Shown here piece after piece: positions 53,280 to 64,000 of a stretch of DNA of 64,000 nucleotides. A program made the translations under genes and the position numbers. Positions within the stretch are counted from its first letter, which is position 1; every line of letters starts with the position of its first letter. The stretch is from Chrysomallon squamiferum. Taxonomy: Eukaryota; Animalia; Mollusca. Where the stretch lies: the NCBI GenBank assembly GCA_012295275.1, contig CM022678.1, positions 1,116,001 to 1,180,000 on the forward strand. Reading direction: 5' to 3'. The notes under the pieces were generated by a model. It was not told the DNA's origin, made no database searches, and saw only the letters and a program-made list of their open reading frames with translations.

Positions 53280-56200
53280 AGTCTACCAGGTCAAAATTAA
53301 ACTCAACTGACAGGAATGTCTATGTTAAAACAAGAGCAGAAGAAAGAGGTGCTGCACTTTTGAAGAAGAACGGTGTTGTCATTGTGATAGGATATCCAGG
53401 TTCAGGAAAGACAACTCTTGCTTTGAGCATGATGAGACAGATGGAAAAAGAAGAAAAAAGAGTATCTTACTTGCTGACTCATCACTCTGAATTCAGTGAC
53501 ATCTCTCTATCTAGAAATAAGAAATATGTTGTTCTAATTGATGATATATTTGGTAAGACTAATCTTGTTTCAGAATTTATATATTCATGGAAACTCAAAT
53601 TTCCAATGATCTGGAATCTTGTTCAGAATGGTTCTTTGAAATGTATTATTACTTTAAGAAAACCATTATTTTCAGAAAATGAAACAAGTTTGAAGGAGTT
53701 TGGTCTCTTTAATGAGAAACATGTTCTTGATCTGCAGAGTCGTGACTATTGTCTGGATAATAACGAAAAGGAAGAAATTCTAAACAAATATCTTGAACAA
53801 AAGGATGTTCCATTGAATGAAATTGATAAAATGATTGTCATTCACAGTTCATGTACAGAGTTAGGATTTCCTCAGGTGTGTGTGTATTATGTTAATTCAA
53901 GTCATGCACAAAAAACAGGAGTTAATGTTTTTGAGGATCCTTTAAAATATCTCAAAGAAGAGCTGGAAAATTTGAAAAATGACAAAACTTACCTGGTTCT
54001 ACTGCTGATCTTGTTCCAACAAGGCAGTATGAGCGTTGATTCACTGGACCCTTTTGAAAATGGCTCTGACAGTGTCATAATGAAATTAGTAAGAAAACTA
54101 GAGCAATTCTGTCAAAGTCTAGAAAACACTGATCTTACAGAGATCAGGGAAACAGCTGATGAAATGTGTGGTACCTATTTAATGTGTTATGACAATAAAT
54201 ACACATTTATTCACCAGTCAGTATTTGACTGTTTTTTTCTGATATTTTCATCAGATTTTCCAAGGAAAGCAGCAGAGTTTCTAGAAGTGTGTCCTGTCTC
54301 CACGTTGTTAGAATATGTTGTTACGCCTGGAGTGTCTAACAAAAGTCACGTTTCAATGACTGTGACACCTGACTGCTTTGATGTTCTTGCTCGCAGATTT
54401 ACTGACTTGCTGGCATCAGACAATTTCACAGAAATTATTTCACATCCATCACTGAAAGATGAAGAGTTTCTAAAATACCTCATAGAAGAAAAACAGTTTT
54501 ATGGTAGGTTGTCTGAAATCTTACAGCAAAGACTATCTGGAGAACATCAAAAGCAATATAGTTATATATCATTTGTACATGTAAAGTCAACTGAAATTAT
54601 TAATTATATTTCATATCTTACTGACAATGATTCTAGAAACGCATTTCCTTTCAATCTTGAAGAAAATGTTATTAATTCAAAATCTGTCCCAAGTGAATGT
54701 ATCGTGAATAGACAAAAAACATTGTCAAAATATTTCACATCAAAATTGTGTCGGATGGAATTGTTAAAACTGCTTAAAACAATAATATCACGATTTTTTG
54801 CATCAAAACTGTTTGAAACGGACTTAAAAGATATAAAAAAAGAAATATTGGATATTTCTTGTTTGTTTGGTGATGAAGATGTTGTGGGAATGTTGCTAAA
54901 ATCAGGTGTTACACCAACATTTCATACACTGACTGCAGCTGCTTGTTCAAAAACAGACAGTACTACCATACTCAAAGAATTGTTACAGTATAAAAAAGAG
55001 ATGAAATTGAAGAACTATTCACAGCTGTTACGTCTTTTGGTTTATTCAGGTAACATGAAAATTTCCTGTCTGTTGGCTGACATAATAAATAATGAGAAAC
55101 ACAAGAGTGAAATCAAGGAAAAATCTGTTAATCTGTTATTGGTTAGATTCCACAGACAAGTAAGACTTAAATCAAGTTACGAGGCAGATGGCATATATAT
55201 GGAGAACTCAAAGACTTCTAAAATTGTTGATGTATGCCGTCTGTTTAAGAAACTGGTTACCATTGATATAATAAACAAAAATAAAGACATTGCTATCATT
55301 GCTGCTGGTCAGAGTACTTCAAGTGTTATAAAAGAAATAGTAAAACTGAAACCTGATTGTATAAATGATAAGAACAGAGATAAAGTACTTTTAGCAGCAG
55401 CAATGTGGGGATCTACTGATACAGTGAATTTTCTCATTGAGCAGAGACGTAATGATACAGGTGAGAACAACTGGAAGAAAAGTGAAGTACTGAAAGCGGC
55501 AGTGATGTTTAACAGCGTAGATGTTGTTCAGTGTCTTCTTGATAAAGGAGCTGATCCTAATGTTAAAGTAGATATTAACCAGAAATTAATTCAATTGTTT
55601 GAAGATGAAATCAGATTAAAACTACATAAACAGAGTTTGAAATTGTTGCCTTCAGATTCACTTCTCCATATTTCAGTTCTGCGTGGTGATTTAAATATGA
55701 TAAGATCACTGATAAAGAGAAAAGCTGATGTTAATGCAGTAAACAGTGAGGGAAGAACTCCACTTCATGAAGCTGTAAAAGCAGTGACACACAGAAAGGA
55801 AATAGTTTTGTTGTTACTGCAAAATGGTGCTGATATTAACATAACAGATAAACAAAAAAATACAGCATTGCACATAGCATCTCAAATTGACATAAATGTG
55901 ATAAAAAACATAGTAAAGAAAGGCGTTGAAATAAATGTAACAAACACTGCAGGTGAAACTCCACTTTTTATATCCTTAAACACCAACAGACGACAAATAG
56001 CTTTATACTTACTAAAAAAAGGAGCTGATCCTAATATGACAGACAATGATAACAATTCTGTTTTACATTTAGCAGTTAAATATGGAAATGTAGAAATTGT
56101 GACCGCACTGACTGAAAAAGGTGCTGATGTAAATATTAAAAACAGAAGAGGTGAAACTCCTCTTTTTAAAGCTGCATTCTCTCGTAAACGCGAAGTAATT

Positions 56201-56989
56201 TTGTATTTACTTGACCATAAAGCTGATCCTAATATAACAGACAATGATAACAATTCTGTTTTACACCTAGCAGCTGAACGTGGAAATATAGAGATTGTGA
56301 CAGCACTGACTGAAAAAGGTGCTGATGTAAATATTAAAAACAGCCAAGGTGAAACGCCTCTCTTTGCAGCTCTTCATTTCTGTCTGCGTGATCCACCTCT
56401 GAATATTGAAAAATATAAAGTATTTTTCTATTTACTGCGAAATGGAGCTGATCCTAATTTAACAGACAATGATAACAATTCTGTTTTACACTTAGCAGCT
56501 GAATTTGGATATATAGGAATTGTGAAAGCACTGACTGAAAAAGGTTTTGATGTAAATATTAAAAACAATAGAGGTGAAACTCCTCTTTTTACATCTCTTA
56601 TTTACAATGAACTTGAACCATCTCTGAAGAATGAAAACTGTAAAGTAGCTTTGTATTTATTGGAATATGGAGCTGATCCTAATATAACAGACAATGATAA
56701 CAATTCTGTTTTACACCTAGCAGCTAAACAAGGATCTTTTGAAATTGTGACAGCACTGATTGAAAAAGGTGTTGATATAAATATTAAAAACACTCGAGGT
56801 GAAACTCCTCTTTTTACAGCTGTTAAGTGTGCAGATTGCATACTAGTTTTGTATTTACTACAGCGTGAACCTTCGAAGAAAGTAGATTTCTATATACAAC
56901 GATATCAAGCTTTGAAGAAAGTAGTTTCGTACTTACTGGAATATGGAGCTAATCTTAATTTAAGAGAGAATGATAACAATAGCAGCTGA
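53280..56989 (+). CDS. Large terminal exon of an NLR-like protein: STAND P-loop NTPase (nSTAND3-like), helical region, ankyrin repeats
   Basis: 3.7-kb open frame; YVKTRA...LLKKNGVVIVIGYPGSGKTT Walker A (53390-53413), VVLIDDIFG Walker B (53528-53554), IITLR sensor-1, GFP, FIHQSVFD winged-helix end; divergent ankyrins from ~55380 and conserved di-repeats at 55952, 56150, 56348, 56573, 56798. Phase-1 acceptor tttgtttatgttgtcatacag| at 53279. Confidence 0.9.
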
Positions 56990-57110
56990 ACATTGAAATA
57001 CAGAAATTGTGACAGCATCGATTAAAAAAAGTCGAGGTGAAACTCCTCTTTATAAAGCAAAGAGTTGTAACAAAAGGGGTATTGTTTTATGTTTACTGAG
57101 AATGGTGCGA
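56990..57110 (+). pseudogene. Decayed terminal ankyrin unit after the stop
   Basis: A 14-nt deletion (tctgttttacacct missing after gataacaat) creates the TGA; remnants gaaattgtgacagca and cgaggtgaaactcctcttt (57036) follow. Confidence 0.8.
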
Positions 57111-57569
57111 AAGATATTAACAGACAGATACATTTTGTTATAAATGTGCACAGACTGTCACTTTTAAATAAAAGATTACCTGGTGAGAATATTTAAAAAT
57201 TAGGCTGAAATAATATTTTGGCATGAAATTGATGTTCATAATAAACAGAAAAATTGTACTGAAGAAATCTAGATTTTGTTTGTACTTTTTCTGGTACAAA
57301 GTTGATCTTAATTTTCTTCTTCATCCTGAGACAATTCCTGATGTACTTTTATTTTGAACTGGTTCATTTGTGTTTATTTTTACTGTAATGTTGTATCAGT
57401 GTTAAGTAATATGTACAGTTTTTTTACTTTTCAGTTGAGAAGTATAAAATTACTGATACATTCGCCAGAGCAAATTTTTAAATTAAAATCAATATGAATT
57501 TGTGTAACTATATTAGTTTAGTCTGGTGTGTATCTAGATACTGTAAATTGTTTCTATTCATATACTGCA

Positions 57570-58060
57570 AGACTCTCCTGTGCACTCTGCTTTTCATATA
57601 CAAATATTGTATTTGTAGTTTTTGTTTCTTTTCAAATATTGTATTACCATATTGTATATTCTGTTTTATATATTCAAATATTGTATTAATGTATGATGCA
57701 GTTTTTGTTTCTATACAAATATTGTATTAGCATATTGTGTAATATATTGTGACCATACAAATATTGTATTATGTATGGTACAGAGTCTATTGTATATGTT
57801 CAAACATTGTATTAATGTATTGTACAGAGTACTGTATCTATTCAAATATTGTATTAATGCATGATACAGTGTTTGATTCTATGCAAATATTACATTAACA
57901 CATTGTATCGTCTATTCTATCTATTCAATATTTTGTATAATATATGGCATAGTTTATGTTTCTATAAAAATTTTGTATAACCATATTCCTTAGTATTTTG
58001 TATCTATTCAAATATTGTCTTAGTTGTACAGTTTATTTTTGTTTCTATTCAAATATTTTG
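57570..58060. repeat. Degenerate ~40-bp AT-rich minisatellite (tattcaaatattgtatta core)
   Basis: Core recurs about ten times. Confidence 0.7.
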
Positions 58061-59269
58061 TTGTCTGTTGTATTTGTACGTAACAAGAAATAATATTGTA
58101 TGAAAATTTAATAATAATTTTTACTTTTCACTGAAACACTTTCCGGATTTATTGCACAATTCAATTTAAAAAAATGTTAAGATAAGTTAGGGTTCCAGTA
58201 ATCATACAACAATACTAATACTGATGTTATGTTTGATCAGGTTATTCAGTCAGTGAAAAGTCAGACAGTTTTTAAATCAGATTTGTTATTCGTAATGACT
58301 TGATTATTACTTGTGTTGCTGTTCATGTGTGAAAATATCTGTTAAACAGGATGTTATAATTAAAGTAGTATTTTAATGTTGTGTGCAAAATTTTTAATGT
58401 ATCTTTTCATTTGATAAAATTGTTCTGTATTGCTAAATGTTTTACTGTGTTTTTACTACATGAATTTGTATATTGTTAAGGTAAAGTTTTTTTTTGTTAC
58501 ATTATAAAACAGTTCTGTACTATAAATCTTTTTTGCCCTGTTTAAAATAACTAAACTAGTATTATGATGTTTAATTTAAGATTTTTTAAATATATATTTG
58601 TTTGCTTTCTCGTGATTTTAATAATAAATTTGTATTTTGAAGTAAAACATATATATATATGTATGTATGTGGCTGGGTGCGTACAGCACCCTAACACAAA
58701 AACTACCCACGTTTGATTCCGATTACATCTTTAATTTCTCTGCCTGAATGAACACCATGATACACAATAGTATAAAATTATAAATGATAGTATCATTGTT
58801 ATACTGCAGAGAATTGGCCCAAACGTCTTTCTCCCTTGCCAGATTTTCTCTTTTCTCTTGAACTCTCTTTCACTACAGTCTCACAGATAACATTCACATC
58901 CCTGAACTATACTAGCAGACCATTACTGTCCTGGGTTCCTTAAAAAAGCACCAGTGTCAGTGTTTACCCTATATTAATATCACACGTGTGTTGAAGGAAT
59001 TTCCCCCAAGTAATTTACGTCTAAACAAGGAGAAATAAACCTCAGACATGTTAATGGTGTTTATGTATGTATGTATGTATGTATGTATGTGTGTATGTAT
59101 GTATGTATGTATGTATGTGTGTATGTATGTATGTATGTATGTATGGGTATATGTGTCTGTATCTCTGTGTATGTGTGTATGTGTGTGTGTGTACTTATCT
59201 GTGTGTGTATCTGTGTGTGTGTTTATTTATCTGTGTGTTTGTATGTCTCTGTGTGTGTATCTGTGTGTG

Positions 59270-60189
59270 TATAAAGAAAGTGACCAATTATTTTTGTCCA
59301 TGTTTTCCTTCATGAAGGGGAAGTAATTGTATCTGTTGCTACAGAGGATTTCAGGTAATAAACAAGTATTATGTTTGAAATTAAAAAATAATAATAATAA
59401 AAAAAATACAAAAAAAAAAAAATTATATATGTAATAATAAAAGCATTGTATGTCTAAAGGGAAAAATAATTTTATTTAATATTAACTGTTTCTAGTATCA
59501 TAGACCGAGAAATACAGGTTGATTTTTCAGGTCAATGCAAGGTATTTCATGTAAATATTGAAAACAGTTACAGAAACATTTACAAACTACAAGCAGAGTG
59601 ATGAATAATACCTGGACCCAGCCTGGGACTTGATTTGAAAATGTGTCTTGTTTCGTTACATTCAACAGTTATAATACTAAAGTATATTTTAGAATTTTGT
59701 TTGAAACAATAAATAAATAAATAAATAATATATATACGTAATAAAAATAGTTTATTTAATATTAAGAGTATCTTGTATCAGAGACAGAGAAATACAAGTT
59801 GATTGTTCAAGTCAGTGTAAGGTATTTGATGTAAATATTGAAAACAGTTATACTAATTTACAAACTGCAACCAGAGTGAAAAGTAATTTTGAATAAAACC
59901 TAAACCCAACCTCAGTCGAGATTTGAAAATTAAACATAACATTTAAGTATATTTTAGAATTTTAACTAATAGTCATGCTGTTGTTGTTTTATTAGTGAAG
60001 TATGCGTACATGTATGTTTCTTTATGTGCTTGTATGTGTGTCTGTGTGTGTATTTCTATTTGTATGTATATGTTAGTAATTTAAACTATAGAAAATTTAC
60101 TTTCTGATAATTCAGTTTAATCCATCTTTAGACATTAGCTGAGTGTATGTTATTAAAACATTGTATCATATTTTATTTATTTTATTTCA

Positions 60190-60234
<45 letters not shown>

Positions 60235-61902
60235 TAAAAGGTGAAGTTGAAGCAAATAAAATAAAAGTTAAAAGAATCTGCATTATTTACAGAATTTTCT
60301 ACACAGAATGGATGTAAATCAATATGTTGAAATATTAGCCACAGGAAGAAATAAATGTTTATTAATAAATGCTATGAACGGTAAAGCATCAGGTAATATT
60401 ATTTTTATCGTGGTTAAAACGTCATTAAAGATTTCTATTAATATCTAACACAGATTTTCTCTTCGTTTGTTAACTCGTTCTTAACAGGTGTATCAGTGAG
60501 TCTAGTTTTGTGTATGTTAAATATTTTATTTTATCATCTGCATTGAATTGTGTTATAAATTATTGTATTCGGATGTGTGTGTATGTCGGTGTGAGTGTAT
60601 AAATATAACACACGGTAATACTGTTACCGGTGAAAGCAGAACAAATAAATTATCTATTGTTATTCTTTTTGTTTTCTTTTCTATTTGATTAATTGTTGTT
60701 ATGTCATTATTATCATTTATATTGTGATTATTACTATTATTTTTTTTTCTCACATTTTGTCATTTTCATGAAAAAATGGAGTTACAGTTGGATTTCATTT
60801 AATCACATATTAAAGGTCCTTTGATTTTGATAGTGGAATTATACCAAAGAAAACGGATATTCTCTTAAAGAAGGAACTCTCTTTTTAAGAGGAAGTTTAA
60901 TGAACATACTGTAATGGCTGCTTCCAGGTGGTAAAACTTTTTCTGAAGTAGAAATCGTTATCGAACGATCATGCCAAGTGATACGAGACGAATAACTAGT
61001 CCTGAAGTTACATTAAACCCGTATATATTTGTGAAATCAGATGTCGTTGATGAAAATGTAAGATAACTTTTACAAACCTTTGTGATCATCCATCGCAGCG
61101 ATAATCGTTTTAACTTAATTATAGTTAATAAATAATTAATTAATTATTGACAGTCTAATTCTTTGACTAGTATTAATAAAATAATATATTAATAATTATT
61201 ATACTCATGTAAATGGTAATTCAGTCATTGAAATCTGTTAACTGTTTAAGTAATATGTTACGTTTTTCATATCGATTGATTAAACTGAATTCGACAGAGT
61301 TGCTATGTGTATGTCTGAGGCAGTGATAGTTAAAACCACAGCTCTTTGAAATAATGCAGGTCATTGGATCATTTATTTTATTAAATATTAAAAATAATGT
61401 TATATTCAAAAGTTAAATATCAGTGTGCATGAAGATGAATGTAAAGCTGAAGAGGTTCGACCTTTGTGTAAGTTAATTTATTTACATTATTTTTAATTGT
61501 GTATAAATACAATTTTGTTTCTAGTTGGAAATAAACTATAAAATCTTAACATTTCTCAAAAATCTCCTGAACTAGATTAGTTTAATTTTATTAAAATCAA
61601 GAAATATTTAAAATTGAAAAATATTTGTGTAACTTGTGTGGTTTCTGTAATTATTTAAGTCATTAATAAATTGAATATTGTTTTTATTTATTGATATATC
61701 ACCAATAGTTTTGTTAATATACCTGTCCTTGTTATGTGACAGGTTTATCAGAAGTGATGAACTACTATTTTCCTGTGTCGTAGATAATGCACATAAAACT
61801 TTTTATTATTAATTTAAAAAACAAGATTATCTACTAGAACACAAAGTGAGTTTTCTCTTTCACTACTTCTGTTTCTGACAACACTGTATAATGTATATGT
61901 CT

Positions 61903-61939
<37 letters not shown>

Positions 61940-64000
61940 AATTTAACCTTTCTTCCTATTATCCAAAAAATATTTCTATTTTAGTTTTATGACCTGGTCA
62001 GGCTCCTGGATCAGCCTATTTTGAACAAAATCAGACTGAAGTTATATCTGCAGCATACAGAAATAAACCATATAAAAGTTATATGTGTATTATATAAGAC
62101 AAAACTCTACTAAAGTTATATATGTAAATATACACAACAAAACTATACCAAAGTTATATATGTATTACACAGAACAAAACCATACTAAAGTTGCATGTGT
62201 ATTTTATACAACGAAACCACACTAAAGTTATATATGTAAACATTATACACATAGAAGAATATATAACAGTGTTACACCTGTACAAGTATTTGAATTTACC
62301 TGTATTATGGTCAGTGCTTGTAGGTAAATCTCTGGCCTGGCCTATGAATTTACCTGTATTATGGTGATGCTTGCAGGTAAATTTGTGATGTTACACCTGT
62401 ACAGGTATTGTTTTGTTCACACAGGTACGGGCCACGTGAAGTGTTGAGGAAGGAAGACTTCAGCATGAAGGGACAGCTGACCTGCGAGTTCAAGTTTGCA
62501 ACGTTTTCCTGCAGACAACGTCGACAACACCAGCAAGACAGCGAGGAGAAAGACTACTCACTTCAAATCCTGGAAGCTCTTGAACCAGCTGTCTGTCTGG
62601 TGAGTATGTATGTGTGTCTCTCTGTCTGTCTGGTGAGTTTGTATGTGTGTCTCTCTGTCTGTCTGGTGAGTTTGTATGTGTGTCTGTCTGTCTGGTGAGT
62701 TTGTGAGTCTCTGGTGAGTGTGTATGTCTCTGTCTGGTGAGTGTGTGTGTGTGTCTGGTGAGTCTGTATGTCTGTCTGTCTGGTGAGTGTATGTATGTCT
62801 GTCTGTCTGGTGAGTTTTTATGTCTCTGTCTAGTGAGTTTGTGAGTGTCTATTTATTATAATTTATAAACCAATATAAAATTTAACCTTAATCATAAAAA
62901 CACTAATAGTACAATAATCTAAAAATTAATAATGGCAGAATTTGACAGTAAACAAAATAAATTCACCATTTTGTTGAACACTTTATTAATTTTCTTTTTT
63001 GGCTGAGAAAAACTGGTGCATTTTTCATTATTTTTCTTTAAAAAAAAATAAAAATAAAAAATTAGAAAAAAATAGAGGAAAACCAGCCTAAATGATTTTC
63101 CTATGCTTTAAAGTAGTTGTATTACAGGTTTCTTGTTAAAATATAGGTATGTTAGTATTATAGAAGTATTCAGAATATATTTTCTATAATTTAAGGTTAT
63201 TAGTATATTTTTCCATAAAATGTAGTTACGTTAATACTAACAATACACTGAAACAATAGTGTACATATCTCTCAATCTCTCATTTTATTTATTTAAAAAA
63301 AAAAATTATTTATTTATTTATTTGTTAAATTCATTTCATTCTCTGATATGAAGATTTTAACACCCGTTCTTTTATGTATTAGTTCTAACTAATAAATAAA
63401 TAAATCAATTTTCTAAAAATTGATTCTTTATTTACAGATTGTCCAATGAGATGACTGGTGGGCGTGGTAACAGTAACAAGTAAAACAAAAACCTGTCAAT
63501 CAAAATCTTTGACATGGGAGGTAAAAGGAAAAGCTCTTCTGTTGACCCAGATCAGTCCACTGCAGAGCTTGAAGTAGTGAGTAGTGAAGTAGTGTGTAAT
63601 TAAGCAGCATGAAGGCAGTATTCACTGAAGTAGTATGAAAACAAAATATAGTGAAGCAGTATGAAAGTAGAGTAGTGAAATGGAAGTAGTGTATAGTGAA
63701 GTAGTATGTAGTTGAGATGTATGAAGTTTAAATTGCTGTAGTATGCAAATAGTGCATAGTGAAAGTAGTATGCAAGTAGTGTATAGTGAAGTAGTATGCA
63801 AGTAGTGTATAGTAGTATGAAATTCTCTCTGTATGTCTGTCTCTCATTCATGTCTCCCTTTGTATTATTAAAATAAAATTAATTACTCAGTATTAAACAA
63901 CAAGAATTCACTGTTTCTTAATTAATATACAAGCTGGAATAAATAAATAAATACTATTAATTATTTCAGCAGCTCAACAGCTTCCTATTATCTCAGAAGA
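59270..64000 (+). repeat. Segmental duplication, copy 2 (runs off the window), with relic exons 62425-62599, 63438-63576 and ~63970 onward
   Basis: Colinear with 10900-15735 at an offset of ~48.3-48.9 kb. Confidence 0.92.

Overview
AT-rich, microsatellite-dense animal genomic DNA with GT-AG introns (inferred invertebrate, lophotrochozoan-like; not prokaryotic). The window is a tandemly duplicated, birth-and-death cluster of NLR-like genes. One copy has an intact 3.7-kb exon (53280-56989) encoding a STAND-class P-loop NTPase (nSTAND3-like), a helical region and an ankyrin array. A second copy contributes its 3' ankyrin array at 2-2092, and ankyrin relics lie at 19121-19928 and about 36340-36505. 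The ankyrin arrays are near-identical 198-bp di-repeats with one hypervariable site that takes 9-13 aa insertions. Not shown by the ORF track are two clusters of symmetric phase-1 micro-exons, mostly 63 nt (32042-34138 and 46021-49522, plus a related 114-nt exon at 8208). They encode 21-aa repeats ending in (V/A/T)Q(I/L)GNNY-like cores that resemble RHIM and HET-s amyloid signalling motifs and would splice in frame onto the NTPase exon. This suggests an amyloid-motif/STAND/variable-ankyrin receptor analogous to fungal NLRs; that is an inference, and the start exon was not found. Also present: a full-length decayed Ty3/Gypsy element with LTRs, TSD, PBS and PPT; LINE, Mutator, Tc1 and MITE fragments; a triplicated promoter-like block with IRF-type motifs; a ~4.8-kb segmental duplication carrying an unidentified three-exon relic; and several minisatellites.
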